Below are positions 52,654 to 64,000 of a stretch of 64,000 nucleotides of DNA, one piece after another; the stretch's first letter is position 1; the number at the start of each line of letters is the position of its first letter. The stretch spans positions 62,001 through 126,000 of the forward strand of contig OZ249436.1 of NCBI GenBank assembly GCA_965235115.1, in the 5' to 3' direction. The notes beneath the pieces were generated by a model. That model worked only from the letters and a program-made list of their open reading frames with translations. It was not told the origin of the DNA and ran no database searches. The position numbers and the translations under genes were made by a program. Source of the DNA: Laetmonice hystrix. Its lineage: Eukaryota.

Positions 52654-53500
52654 CGTGTGCTACATCTCTCAAATCTCGTGCCAAATCTCGCCATAGTAAC
52701 CAATGTATAAAATACAAACCCATTATATATCAATATTTTGGATTTTAATAGAAAGAACAAGTGTTTTTCAGTTTAAAAACTATATGTCACCATGCTTATT
52801 TTTTTGTAATAAGCCTGCAGGGTTTATAGGAAATGTATGCCTGCGCAAAGCCTTGAATTTACCTTGAAGGCCCCGAGATGAGCACTCAGAGGCCAAGACA
52901 TGGATTTTCTATAGACATCCCACACAAAAGTTAGCATGGCGATATATGCATATTTATACATTTTTATAATCAGAAAAACTTGTTCCTTCTAATAAAATAC
53001 ATAGTATCGATATGTAATGGGTTTGATTTAGTGTAGCACATGACATTAGATCCAGCGAGGGTCCCGTCAAAGCAGACGGTGGCGGCGCCCTGGTGCCGGT
53101 TGGTGTAGGGTTCCAATTTTTTAAAGATCGTAGATCCGCCAAGGCCTATCTACTAGCCGAGGCCTCCTACAAGCCCCAGCCGAACCGACCGGCCAACAAG
53201 CCGGCAGCTCGCTTAGCCTGCCCGGGGCAGTTTGAGTGAGCGTGACCGGCCGGTGTGGCGGTCTGGACCGGCCGGCGTGCCAGACGAGCCGCTTCCGGTA
53301 AGTGCGCATGCGCCGAAATGAAGCCACTACAGTACGGAATACACGGCGTATGAGCCCGACGAGACGTTAGCCCGTCACTTCAGCCGGCCGGCTTAAGGTC
53401 ATGTGCTACATCTCTCAAATCTCGTGCCAAATCTCGCCATAGTAACCAATGTATAAAATACAAACCCATTACATATCAATTTTTGGATTTTAATAGAAAG
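52654..53500. repeat. Local direct duplication of ~100 bp (from ~52655 and 53402-53500), plus rearranged GC-rich blocks at ~52260-52320 and ~53180-53250
   Basis: tgtgctacatctctcaaatctcgtgcc...taatagaaaga occurs twice; gccgaaccgaccggcc and gcagtttgagtgagcgtgaccggc each occur twice. Confidence 0.85.
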
Positions 53501-53771
53501 AAATGAAGCCACTACAGTCTGAAAGTACCGTGCCAGAAGGGCCGGGTGGGCTGAAAGTACCGTGCCACAAGGGCCAGTGGTCTAAAAGTTCCCGTTAAAA
53601 TGGGAACAGTGCAGTGGGTTTCCTGGCGGACATATACAAGGGAGCTGGAAATACTAACTTTATTCCGTAGAATTAATAAGTAAACACACAATCTTAAACT
53701 ACATGTAACGTGCCAGAAGGGCCGGCCAGGTGGTCTGAAAGTTCCGGGCAAATTAAGACTATAGAATCCTA

Positions 53772-54983
53772 CGGTGGCCCATATAGGACATGCGAAAAAT
53801 TTAATATTAATTACGATTTTTTTAAAATATAATATGATTTTTTTCTGTAAAGCTATTTACTTTTCTCCCGAATTACTACCGCGGTTAGAATAATTACCAC
53901 CGCGGTGGAAATGATTACCACCGCGGTGGAAATGATTACCACCGCGGTGGGAATGATTACCACCGCGGTGGGAATAATTACCACCGCGGTGGGAATGATT
54001 ACCACCGCGGTGGGAATGATTACCACCGCGGTGGGAATAATTACCACCGCGGGCCTAGGCCTGTTATCTTCTTTCATACATACACTCCAGTGCTTAAGCC
54101 TGGGCCTAGGCCTTCGATGAGGATAACACGTAGAGATCTATAAGGTCTATCTAGGCCTAGGCCAAGACCTACGCGCATGTATCTTTGCTGTATTAGGCTT
54201 ATGGATTTGTAGGCCTATGTGTTTCAAGAAAGCTTCTATGATAGACTGGTGTCCACTGGAATTGAAGCCTAGCCCCGAGATTACTGCTCGTGATGCCCCT
54301 CCCCCTCTTTTTCATGGCCTTCTTACGCCCAGGGCCATGATGGATATCGACCTAGGCCCACTCTGTGGCAGAACGAAATTAGGCCTAGCCTAGCCGAAAT
54401 CAAACAAATTATGCCGAAATCAAACCTATGGTAAAAATACGCCTTCGTCTCCAGAATATGCCCCCCAACGCCCCCCCCCCCCCCAAAAAAAAAAAACGGG
54501 TCTGAGTTGCTCATGACACGCTGCTAACAATTGCCTGAGCGGTGCAGTCAGGAGCAGCAGGCTACTCTATTCGTTATAGGGGCCTAAATGCACTGCAATA
54601 CCAGAAGCTGCACACAGAAGCTTTCTTGTAATACATAGGCCTACAAATCCATAGGCGCCCGCCTATACAGCAAAGATACATGGGCGTATGCCTTGGCCTA
54701 GGCCTAGGTAGGCCCTATAGATCTCTACGTGTTATCCTCATCGAAAGCCTAGGCCTAGGTTTAAGCACTGGAGGTTAAGTGTGAAAGAAGATAACAGGCC
54801 TAGGCTCGCGGTGGTAATTATTCTCACAGCGGTGGTAATTATTACCACCGCGGTGGTAATTACTTCAACCGCGGTGGTAATTGGGGAGAAAAATAAATAG
54901 CTTTACAGAAAAAAATCATATTATATATTTTTTTTAAATCGTAGTTAGTATTAAATTTTTCGCATGTCCTATATGGGCCACCG
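53772..54983. mobile_element. Foldback-type MITE with TA target-site duplication, ~370-470 bp inverted arms and 21-bp subrepeats
   Basis: TA|cggtggccccatataggacatgcg ... cgcatgtcctatatgggccaccg|TA. The arms pair inward to ~54238/54617, and attaccaccgcggtgg repeats occur in both arms. Confidence 0.9.
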
Positions 54984-56495
54984 TACATTCGCACCTATTG
55001 TTCTTGCGTGAAACTGCCCTGGCATGATGCTTTATGATATCTGTGATATTTTTCATGATGCCCGTAACGGGTATCTATCTAATACATAAGGACTATAATA
55101 TTTCATAATGTCACAGGGATACTTAGTTACTTCCATGTGTCAAAATAGGTACTGCAAATACCATGCAATATACCTCTATGATCCCTTTCGACATGTCAGG
55201 GGCGGATTTTTTTTAATAGAAGCTGTTAGACGCGATTTTTCCGCCTTTTATGGACCCTTTTAGTGCATTATAATTTGTATATTCATCACTCAACTAGTTG
55301 GAACTATAATTACTATTAAACACTGATAGGAAGTACATGCTCTTTCATTTGAGACCAAGATTTATTACGTAGCCTGACGTGTCACCTCATAATTACGTCA
55401 TTTACCTCTTCTAAAGCTTATAAGTCATTAACTGCGCAATATTATACAAATATGGCACTTGGTATCGTGCAATATGAAAATTTATGGCACGATGGCAACT
55501 GATATTGCACGACGCGAGGCTGTTATATTAAACTTACGTTAAAAATGCGTAAGAACCTATTTGCACGCGGGGGTGAAAACACTTGATGGCAGTGCAAAAG
55601 TAATATTGACTGGTCAATATTACTTTTTCCGTGCAATAATAGTTTTATCTGTGATCACGTGACAGGGAACTGACCAATCAGGACAGGGAAAGTGCGGCAG
55701 CCATAAAATAATGAGCCATATTGTTTACCCCACTCAGAACATGTCATATATTACGTGACTCCCCGGGGATGGGATCGTGGTGTCACCACAACGTGTCTAG
55801 TTAAACTTATTTTACCCACAAAAGTATTTGAGTAGATCATACTAGTTGTTTTTTTTAAATCAGTAAACGTACAACATCCCATTGCTCTACAAACGTTGCT
55901 TACACATTATTAACCAATCAGGAATGCTCCTGTATTCACTTCTTCCATTAATGGATTTCTAATGGAAGTAGTGAGCCCAAAGTCAGCTTTTTATAGGTGC
56001 ATATTATGGGGAAACATGAAAAATCGGTATTTTAAAGAACTTTTGCTGTTTTCATGAAGAGATCCTTCATAAAAATTGCTTGGTAAACACAGACAAACCT
56101 ATCAGTTCCATTTTGCGTTAGAAATCGAAGATTTTGGAGCCCCCTTGCTGGCCATCTGGAAAAACGACTCCGCCCACCGTTTGCACGTGGATTTTGTTGA
56201 CACACGTGACACGCAGAACCCTCGCGCATGCTCAGACGGTTTGTTTTGAAGTATGGCTGACGAAGTTACGAACGGTACATGGAGATGGCGAGTATAGGCC
56301 TAAACGCCGAATGTTTCGCGTGTACGTTTAGTTTTATCAGTCAGGAAATTGTCTGACACTCGATCGTCGTGGAAAATTCAGGAAACGATGGCGGCTCGGG
56401 AACGAATCAAGCGTGTCCCTCGTGTCGCCCCCCCCCCCGCATCTACAGGCAGCATAGGCCAGACGCACTCGGTCAAGGTCCCGCTCCAGACACCC

Positions 56496-56761
56496 TGTTG
56501 GACCGCTTTTCGTAAAACCTTCGCAAAACGTAAAAAATCGGGTTAGGGTTAGGGTTAGTTAGGGTTAGGGTTAGGGTTAGGGTTAGTTAGGGTTAGGGTT
56601 AGTCCTACCCTAACCCTAACCCTCACCCTAACATTTTGCGAGAGCCCCCTTTTACGTTTTGAGTCTTTTTTCGTAAAAAAATGTTACGAATTGTGTCATT
56701 TTTTTATTTTTTTGCGTTAATTCTTACGTTTTGTGAAAGTTTTACGATATGCGGTCCTACA
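56496..56761. mobile_element. 266-bp TIR element (TGT...ACA) with 5-bp CACCC target duplication, carrying opposed telomeric repeats
   Basis: CACCC|tgttggaccgcttttcgtaaaacc ... ttttacgatatgcggtcctaca|CACCC. (GGGTTA)n at 56540-56602 is followed by (CCCTAA)n to ~56632. Confidence 0.75.
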
Positions 56762-57468
56762 CACCCCGTCAACGACCCACTTGCCTTGGTTTCCGAGATT
56801 GACTTGCTATCTTTTTTAACTTCTGTATCTTTCTTTCCTTGCCCGGTTCCCTGCCGATTCCGTAAAATATTTTTTGGGTGGCATTCTAATGCCGAACGAT
56901 GCCGAGTGCAGCTACTGAATTGTTTACAACTAAGCGAAGCACGTTACCCAGAACCCACGCTCCAGCGGCAGAGGTCAGAGGTCGTGCATGCGCTGTCGGA
57001 ACAAGTTTGTAGAGAGTGCACACACAGGATGTGACGCAGTACGCGATTACACGGGTTGATGGGAGGTTGTCTCCTAAATTATGGCGGGAGATGTGCTATC
57101 GGGAGAAATCTATAAGTTTGGTAATATAGAACCTACTTGTGCTGCATACGCAGCGAAAACACGTCGGAGGACAAAATGCTATGGTAGGATTATTTTACTT
57201 AGATCTCTAGTACACGGTCATGTTGGATAATAGCCGGAAATCCTCCAAAACGTGTATTTTAGCGTGGCCCTTTAATGGAGGTTTTCACTGTTTGGAGAAT
57301 AAGAAGGAAAAGGGGCAGCTAGTATCGGTCACAAATGGAATATCAATAAATTGAGGGTATTATGTACATAAATAATGGACAAAATTGGCAATAAGCATAA
57401 ATTGTGGGGAAGAAACTATTCGGGATTCCCTCGGCCATATCTTCGAAAGTAGCCTCGGGTGAAATAGG

Positions 57469-57760
57469 CGCCATTTTGAGCATTGCATCGCGGGTACATT
57501 TAGCCGGGACTCTCGACAGCATGGCAGTGCTTGCAGTATTTTGTCTGCATCAGGCATGGAAGCAACTAAAATAGGCCTACAGTGCTTTCCCCGAAGTCAG
57601 TGGGCAATATTACGATAGTATCATGTTCATGATACAACTTAAATTACAAGTAGTCCTACCATGTGTCGTGCATGTGTCGTTAATGGGCGCGGCCATATTG
57701 CATAATGTGATAAATTACCATATTGACGCCCATTTAGGTAAATTAGGTGATTCATTTTTC
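57469..57760. repeat. Dispersed repeat of ~300 bp, copy 2 (copy 1 at ~45160-45475)
   Basis: Direct similarity to 45160-45475. Confidence 0.9.
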
Positions 57761-58250
57761 TTCTTCAAACGTTCCCCTTCATACCAGAAATTTATATTTG
57801 CACATAAAACACCGAAGGAGCAGGTGTCAATAATGCACTACTTCCTGGCTCGATGGGATATGACGGTTCACTCAGTGCCTCGCTACACACCTCCATTTGG
57901 CCATGTATCTGGTTGCCAAACATGGCCAATAATCCACCCGAGGGTATATTCGAATAGTAGGAAGTGACGTCATATATGCCCGAGGGAATCCCGAATGGGG
58001 AGAAACATGGATTTTTTTGCTTTTTTCGAAAGTTATGGATTTCCATTATTTAATGGAAAACTTGCAACCCTGGAACTTACTGAGCGATAATAGGATACAC
58101 CTTCCTTCATATATTTAGATTCAATAAAAAGAGGAAGACAGAGATTCTTTGGACACTGGCATTGACACTCTAGGCCTAATAATTGAAATGTAAATTAAAG
58201 ATCCTCTTTAATCGCAACAAAAATAACCTACTTGTCACTTGGAACTGCTT

Positions 58251-58755
58251 ACCCGGCGTAGACTTACAGGAGGGCCTAGATCTACTACCCGGCGTAGACT
58301 TACAGGAGGGCCTAGATCTACTACCCGGCGTAGACTTACAGGAGGGCCTAGATCTACTACCCGGCGTAGACTTACAGGAGGGCCTAGATCTACTACCCGG
58401 CGTAGACTTACAGGAGGGCCTAGATCTACTACCCGGCGTAGACTTACAGGAGGGCCTAGATCTACTACCCGGCGTAGACTTACAGGAGGGCCTAGATCTA
58501 CTACCCGGCGTAGACTTACAGGAGGGCCTAGATCTACTACCCGGCGTAGACTTACAGGAGGGCCTAGATCTACTACCCGGCGTAGACTTACAGGAGGGCC
58601 TAGATCTACTACCCGGCGTAGACTTACAGGAGGGCCTAGATCTACTACCCGGCGTAGACTTACAGGAGGGCCTAGATCTACTACCCGGCGTAGACTTACA
58701 GGAGGGCCTAGATCTACTACCCGGCGTAGACTTACAGGAGGGCCTAGATCTACTA
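58251..58755. repeat. Perfect 36-bp tandem repeat, ~14 copies
   Basis: Unit acccggcgtagacttacaggagggcctagatctact, no spacers. Confidence 0.97.
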
Positions 58756-59185
58756 TCCGTGTGCTACGTTGAAATCTCGCAATATCACGTTATTTCTCGT
58801 CTTGCGACATCTCGTCCCGTCGTGATACCAAGTCTTGACGCGCCAGCAGAGTTTGGCGCGAGAAAAAGTTATAACAGATGGTTGGAAATATCGATACATC
58901 CCGCGAGACTGCATCTACTCATGCAAACTTCCACCAATTTATATTGATTATACTGTACAAATAATAAACAGCAAAAAGCCGGTTAATTTCTTTATTAAAG
59001 TAATTTCTTTCCAGACTGAAATGTGACATAGATAAAAGAACGAGAAGCCTCGCCCTTATATAACAGTCATGTAGCCTACGTATTATTGCATCTGATACAG
59101 AAAATCAAGGTCAAATTTCTGATCAGGGAAGTAGAACTTTCAACACCCACGAGTCAGAAAACATGTCATCCAAAGGTGCTGACTA

Positions 59186-59390
59186 CGGTGACCCATAAGG
59201 GACATTTAATTTTATTTTAGTACTTATTGTATTTTTATCACTTTCCACCGCGTAGAAAATGTTTTCTACGCGGAAATAAACTTCCCACCGAGGAGAAAAT
59301 TTTTCTCCGCGGAATTATACTTTCGTCCGCAGAATTATACTTTTTTCCGTGGAATTATACTTTTTCCGCGGAATTAAACTTCGTGGGCTG
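59186..59390. mobile_element. Single arm of an element related to the 53772-54983 TA-foldback family
   Basis: TA|cggtgacccataagggacat followed by ~20-bp ccgcgg-centred subrepeats; I found no partner arm. Confidence 0.5.
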
Positions 59391-59398
59391 AGGGTTAA

Positions 59399-60002
59399 GG
59401 ACAAGTGCTAGTGTGAGGCCAAAAATTTTTTTGAGACAGATTTTTTTTAAATTTTGCAGATATTTGCAGTATGTTATCCTCTTTCAAAATTCAGCAAAAA
59501 AAGCATACCTCACCGGCTTAGTTATTTTGTTAAGAGCGTTTGAAGTTGGTATTTTCTACATGTTAATGAATACAGTTTGCAATTTTTTTTTTTTTTTTTT
59601 TTTTACCACTTTTTTTTGTCAGAACGGTGTTATGACAAATAGAAGTGGTTAAAAAAAAAAAAAACTTTGAACCTTTTTTTACTGGTGTAAATGAGCAAAA
59701 GTGAAAATGTTCAAAATCAAACATTTTTTTTTTTTTTTTTTTTTTTTTTACCACTTCTATAACTTGAAGAGCGTTATGACAAATAAAAATGGTAAAAAAA
59801 AAAAAAAAAAAAATTCTAAGCACTAATTATTAATTAACATGACGAACATATCAATTTCAAACGCTCTTAACAAAAAAACTAACCCGGTGAGGTATCATTT
59901 TTTTTGGTGAATTTTGAAAGAGGACAACATACTCTGTTTATCTGCAAAATTTAAAAAGAATCTGTCAAAAAAAATTTTTTGGCCTCACACTAGCACTTGT
60001 CC
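59399..60002. mobile_element. 604-bp palindromic MITE with TTAA target duplication (Kolobok-like GG...CC termini)
   Basis: TTAA|ggacaagtgctagtgtgaggccaaaaa ... tttttggcctcacactagcacttgtcc|TTAA; the arms pair over most of the length. Confidence 0.88.
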
Positions 60003-60559
60003 TTAACTAGGTCTATGTCCAACTTTTACAGTTTTGAGATGAATGGATTTAAAAGTTTGTCTCATTGAATATTGTTACTCAATGGATTTTCAACAAATCC
60101 CTAGAGCTAAGTAAGCAACAATGATAAGAGGCTATCATGCTATGTGGTTATTTCTCATGGAGTTGGCTTCAGTTGTGAGAAACGCCAACAGAAAATTGGA
60201 GATAGGTCTTCGTGATTTTCAGAATGATATAAAGTTTGGAGGTAAATAGTTCTATCTCCATAATAGGTCTTTGTGTATCCAGGGTGAATGAATCACACGG
60301 TTCTATCTCCAATGTAAACGTTTTAAAAACATTGTTAACTACTACAAATCCTATGAACGTTTTACTTTTGTTCAGATATAATATCCAATGACAAATTTAT
60401 GATAGATAATGGCACAAATGACAAACATGAAACAGTAAGAAAAAGCCCATTGACCTGTGGTATTATATACAACAGAAATTTGTAGAATATACCAAATTGA
60501 AATGGTTACATGAAATCCCTGGGCATAATTGATTCGATGTACATTGTTTTTCAAAATGC

Positions 60560-63500
60560 ACCAACTGTTGGGAAACTATTGATAGTTGGGGGGGGGGGGG
60601 TCAAGGTCGGGAACCTATTAATAGATGGGGGGGAAGGTCGGGACGCTATTGATAATTGGGAGGGGGGGGGGGTCAAGGTCGGGAACCTATTAATAGATGG
60701 GGGGAAGGTCGGGACGCTATTGATAGATGGGGGGGGGGGCAAGGTCTGGAAGCTATTGATAGATGGGGGGGGGACAAGGTCTGGAAGCTATTGATAGATG
60801 GGGGGGGGCAAGGTCTGGAAGCTATTGATAGATGGGGGGGGGCAAGGTCTGGAAGCCATTGATAGATGGGGGAGGGGGCAAGGTCTGGAAGCTATTGATA
60901 GATGGGGGGGCAAGGTCTGGAAGCTATTGATAGATGGGGGGGGGCAAGGTCTGGAAGCTATTGATAGATGGGGGGGCAAGGTCTGGAAGCTATTGATAGA
61001 TGGGGGGGCAAGGTCGGGAAGCTATTGATAGATGGGGGGGGGGCAAGGTCTGGAAGCTATTGATAGATGGGGGGGGCAAGGTCTGGAAGCTATTGATAGA
61101 TGGGGGGGGCAAGGTCTGGAAGCTATTGATAGATGGGGGGGCAAGGTCTGGAAGCTATTGATAGATGGGGGGGGGGGCAAGGTCTGGAAGCTATTGATAG
61201 ATGGGGGGGGCAAGGTCTGGAAGCTATTGATAGATGGGGGGGGGGCAAGGTCTGGAAGCTATTGATAGATGGGGAGGGGGGCAAGGTCTGGAAGCTATTG
61301 ATAGATGGGGGGGGGGGCAAGGTCTGGAAGCCATTGATAGATGGGGGGGGCAAGGTCTGGAAGCTATTGATAGATGGGGGGGGGCAAGGTCTGGAAGCCA
61401 TTGATAGATGGGGGGGGCAAGGTCGGGAGGCTATTGATAGATTGGGGGGGGGCAAGGTCTGGAAGCTATTGATAGATGGGGGGGGGGGTAAGGTCTGGAA
61501 GCTATTGATAGATGGGGGGGGCAAGGTCTGGAAGCTATTGATAGATGGGGGGGGGCAAGGTCTGGAAGCTATTGATAGATGGGGGGGGGGCAAGGTCTGG
61601 AAGCTATTGATAGATGGGGGGGCAAGGTCTGGAAGCTATTGATAGATGGGGGGGGGGCAAGGTCTGGAAGCTATTGATAGATGGGGGGGGCAAGGTCTGG
61701 AAGCTATTGATAGATGGGGGGCAAGGTCTGGAAGCTATTGATAGATGGGGGGGCAAGGTCTGGAAGCTATTGATAGATGGGGGGCGGGGGGAGACAAGGT
61801 CTGGAAGCTATTGATAGATGGGGGGCGGGGGGAGACAAGGTCTGGAAGCTATTGATAGATGGGGGGGGGGTAAGGTCGGGAAGCTATTGATAGATGGGGG
61901 GGGGGGCAAGGTCTGGAAGCTATTGATAGATGGGGGGGCAAGGTCTGGAAGCTATTGATAGATGGGGGGGGGCAAGGTCTGGAAGCCATTGATAGATAGG
62001 GGGGGGCATGGTCGGGAAGCTATTGATAGATGGGGGGGCAAGGTCTGGAAGCTATTGATAGATGGGGGGCAAGGTCTGGAAGCCATTGATAGATGGGGGG
62101 GGCAAGGTCTGGAAGCCATTGATAGATGGGGGGGGGCAAGGTCTGGAAGCTATTGATAGATGGGGGGGGGGGGCAAGGTCTGGAAGCCATTGATAGATGG
62201 GGGGGGGGCAAGGTCTGAAAGCTATTGATAGATGGGGGGGGGCAAGGTCTGGAAGCTATTGATAGATGGGGGGGCAAGGTCGGGAAGCTATTGATAGATG
62301 GGGGGGGCAAGGTCTGGAAGCTATTGATAGATGGGGGGGGGCAAGGTCGGGAAGCTATTGATAGATGGGGGGGGCAAGGTCTGGAAGCTATTGATAGATG
62401 GGGGGGGGGGGGCAAGGTCTGGAAGCTATTGATAGATGGGGGGGGGGGGGGCAAGGTCTGGAAACTATTGATAGATGGGGGGGGCAAGGTCTGGAAGCTA
62501 TTGATAGATGGGGGGCGGGGGGAGACAAGGTCTGGAAGCTATTGATAGATGGGGGGCGGGGGGAGACAAGGTCTGGAAGCTATTGATAGATGGGGGGGGG
62601 GGGTAAGGTCGGGAAGCTATTGATAGATGGGGGGGGGCAAGGTCTGGAAGCTATTGATAGATGGGGGGGGGCAAGGTCTGGAAGCCATTGATAGATGGGG
62701 GGGCAAGGTCTGGAAGCTATTGATAGATGGGGGGGGGGCAAGGTCTGGAAGCCATTGATAGATAGGGGGGGCATGGTCGGGAAGCTATTGATAGATGGGG
62801 GGGGCAAGGTCTGGAAGCCATTGATAGATGGGGGGGGCAAGGTCTTGAAGCCATTGATAGATGGGGGGGGGCAAGGTCTGGAAGCTATTGATAGATGGGG
62901 GGGGGCAAGGTCTGGAAGCTATTGATAGATGGGGGGGGGGGCAAGGTCTGGAAGCCATTGATAGATGGGGGGGCAAGGTCTGGAAGCTATTGATAGATGG
63001 GGGGGGGCAAGGTCTGGAAGCCATTGATAGATAGGGGGGGCATGGTCGGGAAGCTATTGATAGATGGGGGGGGGCAAGGTCTGGAAGCCATTGATAGATG
63101 GGGGGGGGGCAAGGTCTGGAAGCCATTGATAGATGGGGGGGGGGCAAGGTCTGGAAGCTATTGATAGATGGGGGGGCAAGGTCTGGAAGCTATTGATAGA
63201 TGGGGGGGGGGTAAGGTCGGAGAGCCATTGATAGATGGGGAGGGGGGCAAGGTCTGGAAGCTATTGATAGATGGGGGGGGGGGGGGCAAGGTCGGGAAGC
63301 TATTGATAGATTGGGGGGGGCAAGGTCTGGAAGCTATTGATAGATGGGGGGGGGGGCAAGGTCTGGAAGCTATTGATAGATGGGGGGGCAAGGTCTGGAA
63401 GCTATTGATAGATGGGGGGGGGGCAAGGTCTGGAAGCTATTGATAGATGGGGGGGCAAGGTCTGGAAGCTATTGATAGATGGGGGGGGCAAGGTCTGGAA

Positions 63501-64000
63501 GCTATTGATAGATGGGGGGGGGGCAAGGTCTGGAAGCTATTGATAGATGGGGGGCAAGGTCTGGAAGCTATTGATAGATGGGGGGGGGGCAAGGTCTGGA
63601 AGCTATTGATAGATGGGGGGCGGGGGGAGACAAGGTCTGGAAGCTATTGATAGATGGGGGGCGGGGGGAGACAAGGTCTGGAAGCTATTGATAGATGGGG
63701 GGGGGGGTAAGGTCGGGAAGCTATTGATAGATGGGGGGGGGGCAAGGTCTGGAAGCTATTGATAGATGGGGGGGGGGCAAGGTCTGGAAGCCATTGATAG
63801 ATAGGGGGGGGCATGGTCGGGAAGCTATTGATAGATGGGGGGGCAAGGTCTGGAAGCTATTGATAGATGGGGGGGCAAGGTCTGGAAGCCATTGATAGAT
63901 GGGGGGGGGCAAGGTCTGGAAGCCATTGATAGATGGGGGGGGGCAAGGTCTTGAAGCTATTGATAGATGGGGGGGCAAGGTCTGGAAGCCATTGATAGAT
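60560..64000. repeat. Minisatellite of ~31-38 bp with a variable poly-G run; runs off the window's right edge
   Basis: Unit caaggtctggaagctattgatagat(g)n. Confidence 0.97.

Larger units (their letters stand above)
51681..55802 (+). mobile_element. Helentron-type element shell containing nested insertions
   Basis: 5' hairpin TCCCATCCCC-TATCCA-GGGGATGGGA (51684-51709). 3' subTIR GGGGATGGGA (55765-55774), hairpin GTGGTG-T-CACCAC, then CTAGTT. A reverse-complement copy of the 146-bp-family unit lies at ~55300-55355. Confidence 0.65.

Noticed and set aside
56540..56632. Telomere-telomere chromosome fusion site
   Set aside because: The tracts are very short and enclosed by TIRs with a target duplication, so transposon cargo explains them better.
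58251..58755. CRISPR array (36-bp repeat)
   Set aside because: No spacers, no cas genes, and a eukaryotic context.
59399..60002. piggyBac MITE
   Set aside because: The TTAA duplication fits, but the termini are GG...CC rather than the CC...GG of piggyBac; Kolobok-like is preferred.
60510..63978. Gly/Pro-rich ORFs
   Set aside because: They are translations of the minisatellite in all frames.

Overview
Repeat-dense eukaryotic (probably marine invertebrate) DNA with no host gene that I can recognise. Bases 1-28740 are about 34 copies of an ~840-865 bp satellite arranged as 4-mer, 2-mer and 3-mer higher-order repeats; the array resumes with diverged units at 42056-44035. A full-length L2-group LINE (28741-42055, poly-A tail) interrupts it. 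Its ORF1 is an L1-type coiled-coil/RRM protein fused to a C-terminal NADAR (YbiA-like) domain, the most unusual feature of the window. Its APE-RT ORF2 is split by an 8.1 kb apparently non-coding element with the split-direct-repeat layout (A..BAB) and a 4-bp TTTA crossover core typical of tyrosine-recombinase (Ngaro/PAT-type) retroelements. That element in turn holds a Helentron-type non-autonomous element. The rest (44-64 kb) is G-run minisatellites, further Helentron-type elements, TA-, TTAA- and 5-bp-TSD MITEs, and short tandem repeats. All calls were made by eye; no searches were run.
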